NCBI GenBank assembly: GCA_028023455.1
Contig: JAQFVV010000009.1
Span: 16,864,001 to 16,928,000 of the forward strand
DNA: 64,000 bases
Direction: 5' to 3'
DNA from: Epiperipatus broadwayi
Lineage: Eukaryota > Animalia > Onychophora
The notes under the pieces were generated by a model, which searched no databases, had not been told where the DNA came from, and saw only the letters and a list, made by a program, of their open reading frames with translations. Positions 48,230 through 60,662 of this stretch are shown in pieces. A program made the position numbers and the translations under genes. How positions within the stretch are numbered: position 1 is the stretch's first letter; each line of letters starts with the position of its first letter.

Positions 48230-51200
48230 CTCATTAATCAATTTCACTTAGCTCAAAAAAAAAAAAAATACTTATGCTAACATTACAAAAACGAACCTTA
48301 GTTTTCCAGATTTAAAGCCAGTCTCTAGACTTAGAAAATCTGCATATTAAAAACTTTAACTTATCTAATTAAGACAATGTACAAAACCCTCCCCTCCCCC
48401 TAATTATATGGACAACAGAAAAATTTAAGAGTTAAAGAAAGGTTCAATAATTCCATTTCCAATGGCCTATACACAATGTTCCATCAATTCTTGTCTGATT
48501 GTTCAATAGTTTTATCTACCACTGACTTTAATTGTTCCCTATATCAATTCCTAAGGGCATTATTATATGAGGTGAACATTGTGCTCTATCTTGCATACCA
48601 CCCCAATTCAAGATATCTTGCTATTGAATTCCATGACCAAAGTCAAAAAAAATGATTCAAAACTATAGTTAAGATACTAGGTAATTTTGCACTTTCTAAA
48701 TGTTAATGAGCACTGTCAGAATTAAATAACAGGGATTCTAAAAATATTTACCTGGGATATAGCAGTCTTCAAAAATTGATGGAGCCTTTTGGAGTGGTGG
48801 TCTCACTATGGCCAATCTATCTAAAAGACATTCTTGCTCCAATCTAAAGCAATAATTTTGAATTCAAAGTAAAACTTCAAAAAATATTGATCGTACCATC
48901 ATACTCATCCAGATTTCCAATCAGGAATCTATGATTCACCTCTATATAAGGGGTTAAAGCTACAATGCTATTCATGTGACCAGCAGGATCACCTGGCAGT
49001 CAATTTTTTTAATGCTTGATCTCTGCAAGGTGATCAAATAGGTGATCATGCACCCACATGTATTCACAATGAAAATCAGATCTTCGCTAAAAACAACACA
49101 CACTCACAAAAAAATGACTTTTCTCCCAAAACTTCCTACCACAAGTGATGATACACAGTTGATAAATCTCAGTACCCAATCAAACTGATCATATCTCTAT
49201 CATAACTATTTACAACAACAGCCAAAACACACACCAAAATGTTAATCAAACACACATCCTTTCAGATGAAGAAAATACTGATACTAACTTAATTGTTCCA
49301 AATATTGAACCACCAGATCCTCAAGATTATATAATTAATAAAACAAACACTGTCATCATGAACACCCTGGCTCCATGTTTTTATCAATTAAGAACTGTCC
49401 TTCAGACTGTGCTATCAAAGGAAAATCTAGATGTCCAGGAAAAAAATGTAAATTAAAAACACTTAGCTCTAAATGCAGCATAACCAATCACTTATCAGAT
49501 GACTCAATATTCATGGACTACAGCCCATATCATAGTCACTCTCAATCATAAATCTGCAACTTACATATAAAAATGAATCTTAACATTGAAATATATTCTA
49601 ATCATGCTGCTGTCAGTCCTTCACAGAAGTAACTCTATCAAAAACAAACCTCAGTCAATTGCCATTGATGATAACACTAAAAAGCTTTTATTTAAGCCTT
49701 GCCAACTACTCATCCATAAGACATACAACTCAAAACTAAAACTTTTTCTTACAGCTTCTTCCAATAGTCATTTTTTCTATACTATTAGATATAAAGCTGA
49801 AAATATCATCCTTTAATGTTGTGGTTTGAACTTGGTCTCCAAAAATCCTCACAACAAAAATTACACAACCACACCTTCTTGATCTTCTGGAGCCAAAAGT
49901 ATATAATGCCTCTCAAATTGATGAACCACCTACCTATGTGCCCAAGATTTCTGTGCTTGTTCCAAGGATTCATCATCCCCTTTAGGAGGTACTGGTCTGA
50001 TCAGAACTCCAGTCTGTTCCTTTTCTTCCTTAAAAATAATTTACATTGACTCCAACCTGCTTATAGTTACATTCTACTACTAGAAGATTATTCTTAATGT
50101 GATATTTGTATGCATAACTGCTGGTCCTACAATTATTACAAGGTTAATACTTACCATCAACCTCACATCTGGTCATCCTTCTAGTTGACTTTAATTATGA
50201 GCCATTCTACCTTTCTTTCCAGGTAGCTTAACTAACTTGCATTTCCATTAATGAGTACTGAAGAATTTCTTCTCACAGACTCAATCACATTCTATAACAG
50301 TCAGCATGCCTCTCATAGTTTTATGATTTTTACTCTCCTATGTTTCATCATTTAATTAGATTAATACTTAGTCCATCATCCTTCTCAGACCACTCAGCAC
50401 AGATGCATACATTTTATTTAGATGCTGCATAAACAACAACTAGTAGTCTCCACAAAACAGAATACTCATCCTACAAACTTAAAGATATGCCTCTTAATCC
50501 TGTCCAGTTATATATCTCCTTTATAAATATATTATTTAACACAATACTCATCCTAGAAACTTAAAGATATGCCTCTTAATCCTGTCCAGTTATATATCTC
50601 ATTTATAAATATATTATTTAACATCTCCCCATCTTCCAAACTACTGGCCTTAGTTGATAAAATGACATGAGAATAACCATGTATCAATCTACTCTTGATA
50701 TGCCAATACACATTCTAAAACTTACATATATAAAAATGCATGCAACTCACTAAAAGAGTACCTGGCAACAAAAATAAAGAAAATCTGCCTGACACAACAA
50801 CACACATAGAACCATGGATATATCTAGTGGGCTTTAGGATATCTCTCTACAATTAGAGTTCTCCTAGTTCTGGAAGTTGATAAAGTAATCAATGTCAGAT
50901 ATAACATGATGGAACCAATTTATAAGCATTTTAAACAGAAATTGCAAACAAACTCAAAGTAGACCTTTGTGGACAACAAGAATCAATACTCTCTTCAATA
51001 CTGCTGATTTTGCTCTCCAACTTGTCACAACACCAAAACATGGTCACCCTGGACCCCATGGAATACCCAAATTTGTGTTTGCACACTTTAGTCATTTTTT
51101 GCCACTAAAGCTAATTTCCTATTACAAAAGTTATATAATGTACAAGATTTATATCCCATCTCTATAGTTCCATTCAGTAAAAAAATCTGTTCATATGTCC

Positions 51201-53230
51201 AATTTATCCACTCTATGACATATCTCCATAAAGCTATTTGGTATTAAAATTATTGAGAAAGTACTGAAAAAGAAAATAGAACTACAGATACACCCTATAA
51301 TATTATCTGTGAAAAATACCAAAAAAGGCTCATTTACAGGCCAAAAAACTCTCATATTTAATACAGTTTTAAACTTAGTTCAAGAACATAATAAATATGC
51401 TCCAATGGCTATACAAATTAACATTGAAGCTGCCTTTGACACAGTCCCAGTTGACATTCTAATTCACATGCTCATGATGGCAATGATACCTCCTACCCTT
51501 CTCTGCACATTTACCAACCTATTACTAAGCTGAGAAATTCATATGACCCTCACTGGCAGAGCATCACCTTTTGTCATCAGCTTACCAGTGCTGCAGGGAT
51601 CACCACTCAGTCTGTTTATTTATGTTTTACATTAATCCTCTCATAAACAAAATTCAACAAAAAATTTGAGGCATTCAAATTCCAATTACTGAATTACCTA
51701 AACCCTGCATTGCTTACATGGATAATATCACTGTTTTCTTTGCCTCCAGAAAGCATTACTTATTCTACAAAAAATACTTGATGACTACACTACAGAATTT
51801 AAATTTAAGTTTAATTTGAACAAAGCATCTGCATCATTTCTTTACACTGGCAAGCTACATGCACAAATTTATCATGGCCAATCTTCTGCCCTTCTTAGAT
51901 TCCCTTTTTTATCTGGGAACTACTGGTATGCAGCTAAAAATTCAAATCAGACTTTAAAATGATGCTGAAAGGAGAATTACCTCACTCTCCAAGACCTTTT
52001 TTTTCATATATTCCCCTTTCAACCAACAAATTCAAAAATAGCCTACTACTTGACTATTATCAAGATTGCCAAATCTTTAATTCCTATATTTTTTCATTTT
52101 GTTGCAAATTACTATGGCACAGGAAGTCTGTTTCTATCTCTGCCAAATGCTTTAGTTTTTAACCAGCACAAAATAGACTGAGACTTCACTCCATATAAGT
52201 TTTCCACATTCAAAGGAGTATAAATCTTCTAACTGCCATTATAAAATGATTTCCAGCACTAGAATGTGTCATACCCATGATACCAAAAGACAAACCATCC
52301 CATCACATGAATTACTATCATTAATCATATGCCAATTACAAAGTATCTACAACCAAATATATTACTTTATACAGGTAAGCATACCTACTAGAGCATTCAC
52401 AATCTGTTGAAATATCCATTCCCATTACTAGGAATCAGCAATAGGCAGTTACTTCACAGAATCAAAAAATGATCTCTAGAGCCAAAATTTCCTGACCTCC
52501 TCCTGAAACTTTACTTATACTCCCTACTCACAACCCACTTCCTATAATACTACAGACTATACATAACAATTAAGCCTTTCTGTCAGCTATGTCACAAAGA
52601 AGAGGAAACACGACATCATTTATTTCATATCTATCCAGTACTAACACACAGCAAAACATAACAGCAGCTATTTGTGCAGGAACATTCAGTTTATATATTT
52701 TTTGATTCACCCTATGCACTTTTTGCCTTGGTAGCAACACCCAACATCACTCAACCACTTTTATGATCAAGTCTCTAACAATATGCCACAATACTGATAA
52801 ATACAGCATTGCAACACAACCTGATTATAATCACCTATCTAAAGTTATAGAAAGCATTACCTGAATTCTCATGAGACACCAATGATTACCTCTTCACTTC
52901 ATATATTAAGAATAATATCAATCTTTTCAAAAACTGAACTAATGCATATAATTACACAATCAATTTCCCTACTTAGCAGAATATTTAATAAACTTTTGTA
53001 AAAACTGAATCAATGGACCATCAATTCTTGACAGACAATTTAACAAAAGAACATTAAATCATTTCTTATACTGACTAAACTTAAAACTATATATTTGTAG
53101 TCAGTGATACCTCTATGAGTTTCATATGATATGTATTAGAAAAAAATTATCTCTCCATGTAAATGCTACTACAGCACATGTATTTGAACATTTTTTTCTT
53201 TGTAAAAGTAAGTATACTAATGTAATCTTT
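48230..53230 (+). mobile_element. L1/Tx1-like LINE, decayed (copy F, closest to copy E)
   Basis: ORF1 region homologous to 29400-30200, knuckle QCYSCDQQDHLAVN (~48962), APE KLKISSFNV (~49795), IQINIEAAFD (~51410), QGSPLS (~51593), AYMDN (~51712). Confidence 0.8.
50461..50623. repeat. 82-bp tandem duplication within LINE copy F
   Basis: AATACTCATCCTA...TATTATTTAACA repeated with 2 mismatches. Confidence 0.9.
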
Positions 53231-53254
53231 GTTTGATGGATAAAGTTGATTTTA

Positions 53255-53294
53255 ATCATCATCATCATTATCATCATCATCATCATCATCATCA

Positions 53295-53386
<92 letters not shown>
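53255..53386. repeat. (ATC)n(ATT)n microsatellite
   Basis: Direct reading; lies at the 3' end of LINE copy F. Confidence 0.95.
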
Positions 53387-55434
53387 TCACCACAAATAGC
53401 ATCACTTGTCTAAAACATTTAATTAAAATCACTAGAAGTAAAATATATTTTTATTGTTATTTTGAACTTCTTTATTGAGTGATTTATCAATGGTTTATGC
53501 CATAATAATTAACACACCATAATCATAACTTGAAGTTCAAAACCAGATTGTAAAATTTGGATTTTTTTTCCAGTTTTCAAGTTTCAGGTTGCTGGGCCAT
53601 ATCAACTCACTAGCATCCAATTAAATTGCTATTCAATCAAATGAAACTGTAGTTTTCAAATAGATATTGCATATGTCATGATTTGACTAAGTTTTTTTTC
53701 TATATATATTGTAATGATACAGGTGGGCAAGGTTGACTTGATCAATATGCCCCACATATTGCACCAAATTGAAAGCTAAAATAAAAAGCAAAAAGCTTTA
53801 TTAACAAATATACATCACAAATGAAAACTAAATTAAAATCGAAGATAGGATGATAATGATATAATCGTTATTTTGATAGGCAAATTGTAATGGTACAACA
53901 AATTTGAAAGGTTCAGGTTTGCTAATGCCTAATTATAATAATATGAAAATAAGAAAACCAATACTTCAAAACAAAATAATATATAACTAGGAATGAAAAA
54001 GAATAAGTAAGTTAGTTTTTTAAATCCTAAATAAAAGTTCCCTATTTCAAATACTTTTTAAATTCTACATCTATATCATCATTATAGAAAAGAGGCCTTT
54101 TATGTATATAATAAACAAATATAAAATAAGAAGCTTTCTCAGCTATGTGTCCAACTTTACTGGCAGCTGATATGATAATATGCTAGCTTTTGAAATGACA
54201 TCTTAAAACTAACTAAATCAAACTCATAACATAAACAAGAAACCTATTCAATTTTATTATTTTTCTCAATATTTTAATAGTCTGTTCTCAGGTTTAACAT
54301 TAAAAACAACTAATGAGACTTGATTATTTGCCAAAATATAAAGTAAAAACAAAGAGAATATTTCATTACATCTAATTTATATTAACAAACAACTAAATTT
54401 AACTAATTTATTTAATATCTGTAATCATTAGGGTTCTATAATATAACTGCTGATTAATATTTGCGCAAGTGTTTAAATAGTCTCAGGATAAAATTAATTT
54501 AATTAACAAGCTCAACTATTACACAATGACCCAAATGTACTGATAAGTGATTAAAAGAAAAAATCACAAAGTCACTTTATATAAAACAAGTGGTATATCT
54601 TTTCTTATGATCTGTATTCTCTTTTTCTTTTAAGAATGGCAATAATAATAAATTAACAAAACATACTATCTATTTTTATTTGGTAGGTTTTTCACTTGAT
54701 CTCTATGACATTTATGTTTACAATACTTGGTAACAATATGTTTATGAAGCTGCATTTGTATCCGAATGAAAACCATTTACTCTTTAAAAATAAATAATAG
54801 TAATAACAACAACAACAATAATAATAACAACAACAACTTCATAATTAAAAAAAATATCAATATTCTCCTTATACTATGCTAAATCTAAATATATATTTCC
54901 CTAAATTATACTTCTGTCTTTTGAAGTGCCAAATGCAGACTTCTTACATTGATCTCTATTATGCTACAGGTAATTTTCAATTCTGGATAAAACAATTGAT
55001 ATATTCATCTATATCATGTCTATTCTTCAGAATGTAATGAGAGATTTGTCACTAAATTATAATAATTCGAATAAATAGCTTCATATAAATTATTTTTGTT
55101 TACTTGCATATAATATATATAATACTAATATAATAAGCTATCTCTCAAAACACATCTTGATTATAGTTATTAATTATTTGTCAAAGGAAAATAAGTAAAT
55201 TTCATTACTGATAATAACATCAATACATTTATGTATATATAAATGGTCTTCGTGAGAACAAACACTAATAAAATTATTGTAAAGCATACTATCTATATGC
55301 TATGTACATGCCATATATATAATGTATTATACACATATATCCTTATATATATATATATATATATATAGTAAGGGTAATTTAGAATATTATTAAGCTCACC
55401 TGTTTATGTGCAATATTAAACCATAAGCTTAAAA

Positions 55435-56878
55435 TTATAGTTGTAAGTTTATATTGTAACGGTAAGAATTGTCTCTCCATGTAACAAAATCTAGAACACA
55501 GGCAAAATACACTAAAGCTGATCGAATCCGAATGCTGGGATCCAAAATTTGACCAACATTCAATCCTTTCACCTCTGCTCAACGATCTAATATGCTATGA
55601 ATGACATTTCTCAACTTACACAGACATTCAATTTAACCTCAGTCTGGCAGTCACTCAGGGTAAAACAAAAGACTCATGAATTAACTAATTTAACACTGAT
55701 TTGGTCAGATATATATACATATGACTAAGTGATTAATTATAGAATCTAATAGAATGACCTACATGTATATAAAATTATGTATGTGCAAATAAATCCAGGT
55801 TGGATAAAATGAACTCACGGACAATAAAGATATGAAAACGAGTTATAATTTTAAATATCATTAATTTAATAAAACACTAACAAATAGTAAATCAAAATAT
55901 ACACAATTATATAATGACAATGTGAGAGATTACACACGCAGGCGTTGCATAATTAATGAGATTAATGTTACATATCTCATAAGTGTTTAATAAAGTGTAG
56001 TGCGGTATTGAAGTTTATGCCTATATTAATATGCCAAATTTCTAGCTTACTAGATCATATGAAACTATATAGCCAATGTTATATAACTAAATTTGGCATC
56101 TATCTATATATCTAGTTAAGTCAAGCATATAGTCAAGCTCTGAGATATGCAGGCTAGTGGGTTAACCTAGATTATGGTATACACTGCTGCTAGATAAGCA
56201 TTTAATATAAAGGGAGAGAGAACTGGTTTATGATAGGTTTACCTATATAATATATGGCACATATTAAAATATTAATAAAGCTAGAAGGTGCAAATGGGTC
56301 ATTATTCATGGGCTTCAGCATCGAATGCTCGGTTGCCCTACAACCGCTCAACTTGCTATGAATAGGAACATTAGTAGTTCAGGGAGTCAGATAAGCATTA
56401 ATTATGAATAATCTAGGTCCTTGTGCCTAGTTCTAAAAGTGTGTGCTTTACCCAAACTAAGTGGATAAGTGTGACCTCCGCCAGCAACTCATCAAGAATC
56501 ATGCAGCAAGCAGATAATTGTACATTGCGTACTTAGTAAGGACACACCCGCAACTTATACATATGTAACGCAAATACATAAAATTATATTATCATGCCTT
56601 AAAAATAGATAGCATCTATTTGCATATCTATACAACCCAGTTCTCAAATTTAGTATTTCAAATATACTATTTAGGGACTAAATTAACTAGTAATCTAGTT
56701 TAAGATTATCACCTGCTTCTCAACATATATAAATCTAAGGAGGATAAAGCATATTTGAGAGATAATTATGAATAAAATGTTAAAATATGCTTTGATAATA
56801 TCTCTGTGGCTAGTTCTATGATGTACAAGTTACATATATAAATAATTATAATTTATAACTAGAGTTAAGCAAACTACA
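55435..56878. mobile_element. Possible solo LTR or LTR fragment (right end uncertain)
   Basis: Starts ATAT|TGTAACGGTA, with 10 bp identical to the main element's LTR end and the same flank. Candidate ends at 55972, 56834 or 56878, none with a perfect TSD. Confidence 0.3.
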
Positions 56879-57480
56879 ATTTTAACTAGAGAACGACTGA
56901 TTATTGTAATATTAATATCCAAAAATTAATCAGTAAAATAATAATAACATGACCTCAAAACAGTGAGTGAGAAAATTAATAATTCAATTATTTCATATTT
57001 ATTATAGTGAAGATTTGAAATTATCTTCGCAGATCGATAAGCTAAAATTATACTTATAAATAAGTATGCGTTTTCGGGTTATTTGGCATATTAAATACAT
57101 ATAATATCAAAATGATAAAATTATAGAATAAATTGGATAGATTAGAAATAGGTATAAAAGACCATAAAAAATTATACATTACATTTATTTTAAAATAGAT
57201 TATTAGAGTTTTACATTTTGACAGAGAAGTCAATATCACAAGTTTTACATTCAGGCAAGATTTAAACATTAGCATTTAACAGTTTTCTTTGCAGATTTCA
57301 GAAAAGGTGTTTGGGAAAGCAGATTTAATAAATAGCTAGCTTTTAAAAGAAAAAATTGAAAGTCCAGTTTATGATCAGAGCTCTGAGTGAAAATTTATCA
57401 ATTTACCGGTCAGCTATTTCCATTGCAGTTCTGGACACTCGAGATAATATGTTGACACTTTTGGTGATGGTTTAAAGTTA

Positions 57481-57569
57481 ATGGAGGTTTTTCCATGGGC
57501 TGCTTTGCTGGTGTACAGCATTATATTTTATCGGACCAAAGTTCTCCATTCACCACAAATAGAAAGGCG
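57481..57569 (+). CDS. Candidate first coding exon (signal-peptide-like), unverified
   Basis: ATG at 57481 open to G|GTGAGT donor: MEVFPWAALLVYSIIFYRTKVLHSPQIER. Upstream acceptor TTTCCATTGCAG ends at 57428. No downstream exon confirmed. Confidence 0.25.
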
Positions 57570-58072
57570 GTGAGTGATTGACTGCTCTACCCCATCATTT
57601 TAAAGGTGAAATGAACGTAGGTTCTGTTTACAATTCACTTATTATATATATAATCGATCCTTGGTGACAAAACTAAGTATTTATATTTTTCTAACTCTGG
57701 CCGTCTGTTTATTTTTACAAGCTTGTCTGCATTTGTTTATTTTAGAAAAATATATTTAATTGCTAAAGCTAGTAGAAAAACCCATTATTTTATTTTAGAA
57801 AAAACATTTTTAATTATGAACAACTAATTTAGATTTTGTTTTTCTACTCTTTTCCTCCTGTTTATTGTGACAACACTATAACATTCTGCAAATTTTGTTA
57901 TTAATATTTTAGATTTATAAAATCAAGTTCAAACTATTTTAGAATTATTGCGTGACCTACTTTAAAAGTTGTTTACAAAAATTACAAGTTACTTTGATAA
58001 TTAGTAGAGAACTAATTTTATTACTATACATGCAGAATAACAATGGAAATGGCTTATATACATATGCGATTT

Positions 58073-58260
58073 CAATAACATAATAAAATTGTCTAAATAA
58101 TTTAAACTAAAATATTTCTTAAACTAGAAATATTTATAAAATGGATACATATCAGTAATATATACCAATAACATAACAATAAAATTGGCTAAATAATTTA
58201 AACTCAAATATTTCTTAATCAAGAAATATTTATAAAATGGATACATATCTGTAATATATA
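58073..58260. repeat. ~94-bp tandem duplication
   Basis: CAATAACATAA...GGATACATATC(A/T)GTAATATA twice. Confidence 0.85.
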
Positions 58261-58435
58261 TGTATACTATTAAATTACAGACTTACCGTTCACATATATA
58301 TATGTGATTTTGCATATATAGTAATTTAAGGTTCTTTAAATGGGTACTCTGAGAGGGTTTAAACCTGGCATATAGATAGGTGTAGGAGTAAAATATGTGA
58401 AAGAGGCAGGTGGATAAAACTGACTGTTTCGATAT

Positions 58436-60662
58436 TGTAACGAGCATAGACGTTCGTTACATTGTTTTTTTTTAAAATTTATTAAACATGAAAGTAAATT
58501 AAAAAGTTCGCATTTAAAAATTTTCTTTAAGAATTAAAAATTGAAATTAAATATCATCTTAAACTCTTATATATTAATTAAATCGCACAGATAATGAAAA
58601 ATTATTAAAATAAAACTTTATTAAAGAAAAAGTATTTTAAAACTAAATTTTAAAAAGATTTGGAGATGAAATTATATCTTTAAATTTATCTTTAAATATA
58701 TTTTTGATTTGGAAAACAGGTTAATTAATCAGAAATGGAAATGATTGTTAATTAGTTAAATGTAAACCAGCCTTCGGCATTTTTAAATGTAAAAACACCG
58801 GTCAGACAAGAAAACAATAGAAACTGTTAGCAAATAAGAAGAAATCCCTATGGAATCGGACCGCAGCGAAAGGACCATCACATCGGTGACGTAATGTAAA
58901 TTCAATCCTTCACATTAATATAAAAGGAAAATTTGGAAATTATTAATCAGTGACTAGTTATTGATGATTATTACGATGTAACAGCTAGGTGTTAGTGCTG
59001 AGGGGATTGAAAAAGACGCACAGCTTCAATCCCTTCAGTTCTGCTAAGAAAGGAAGAAAAATGAGCCATCGTTTCTACATTGAGGACCAACTACACTAAA
59101 AAAATCTCCGGATGGATAAATAAATCGGCCAACAGGATACCAATCTTCGGACGACGTGGGAATTCACGTTCAAACGGCAAGGAATATATGAAGATGAACT
59201 ATTTAAATAACCGTAAGAACTTTAAAATTTATGAACAGTAAATTAAAACTTTCCAGATTTAAATAATTGCAATATTATTCTATTTGACCGATATTATTTA
59301 TTAATTAGTGATAATTTTATTTAATGTATTTATTTTGTAAAATCATTTCCATTTATTTATTTATTTTTTGTTCTTTAAGTTTTATTATGATTTTTGTTTT
59401 CCGTTAAATTAATTATAAAAATGTTAAACTTAAGTCGGGCGTGAATGGCTGTATAGATTCGTAAAGTTATATTAGGGGAGGGTAATCTTAGGTTATTTAT
59501 GTCGTTGTTAGATTGGGTCAATGGATTGGATATATTGATGTAGTTAGTATATGTAATCGGAGATTCGCTACGGGCAGAATCGTTTATATATACGCCGCAC
59601 TCACCCGTTTGCCTATGGAAGGAATTATAAGACGGAGAACGCAGTTCCTTTCTATGGAGTTTTTTTTTTATTGTTCTTCTCGTTAGATAGATGTAATATT
59701 CCTATCTGATTGAGAGTCAATGTCTTTTCTTAATTCTTTTGGTGCTGTCGTATTTCGTATTACATTGAATACATCGATGTATCAGATGGATTGATGCCAG
59801 TTTGACTGCGAATTTTAGCCTAAGGTTAAATAGGGATAGAATATTTTAATTTCAATGCAAATCTATGTAGTATTCAGACTCGATTCTAAATAAAAATGCA
59901 TTAAATTTAAGTTGTTTATAGACGCTTGGACGGATTGTTTATCGGTTAACTATGTTTTGCGTTTTCATATTTGGTCAGAATATATAGACATTCGATAAAT
60001 AATGATACCTTACGGTGAGTATCTAAAATGTATTTATTCGGATGTCTTTTAAGTTATTGGTGACAATGCAAGTATCTTATGGTGAATACTATTGGGTTAC
60101 ATATAAATTTCCCTCCGCAATTGTCAGTAATCAATAATTTTATATTTTGATCGCTTATGTTTACTTTGGAATGTTTTTAACCGTGTAATCCATGTAACCG
60201 ATCTATAGCAACTTATTATAACAAGCTTTTATAATCCCATCTGTGCGAACTTAATTAAAATGTAAAATTAGAATGTAATAGTAATTAAAGGTAAATTAAA
60301 GTCAAAAATCAAAGTTAAAAAAATAATGTTAAATGTTAAAATGTAAAACTAATAATAAAATAATTTTAAATATATATGTGCATAAATAAATGTTTGTATG
60401 CTAATTACTGGCAGTGGCTTATTTTATTTATTTTTTAATGTTGAAATCTAATTAGATAAGATATGATATTATTAAATCTCTGCTACTCCCTGAGCTAGTG
60501 ACATGGGTTAACGACCGGAACCAAAATATTTAAAAAAAAAAAAAAAATTTTTTTTTTTTTGACTTACGTATCTGCCTACTTTATAAATTTTTCTGGGTTC
60601 AAATGCCTAGATGGTGCCCCGTAGTGCAGTTTACGTTAAGTCGCATTTTCCGGATCGTTACA
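58436..60662. mobile_element. Probable solo LTR (2227 bp)
   Basis: ATAT|TGTAACGA...TCGTTACA|ATAT: 8-bp inverted termini and a matching 4-bp flank. CpG-richer than its surroundings, no long ORF, size similar to the main element's LTR. Confidence 0.55.

Noticed and set aside
10130-53230. Uni-strand (flamenco-like) piRNA cluster interpretation
   Set aside because: TE orientation is mixed (L1/Tx1 and RTE mostly +; gypsy, CR1 and one PLE -), and there are no small-RNA data.
58415-58465. Hammerhead-like GAAAC-A-GTC plus hairpin on the minus strand
   Set aside because: No CTGANGA core upstream; the hairpin is better explained as the LTR-like terminus.
59420-59760. Stop-free minus-strand stretch (LHRKELRSPSYNSFHRQTGECGVYIND...) as an exon or APE endonuclease
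   Set aside because: No start codon, convincing splice sites or diagnostic motif, and it lies within the probable solo LTR.
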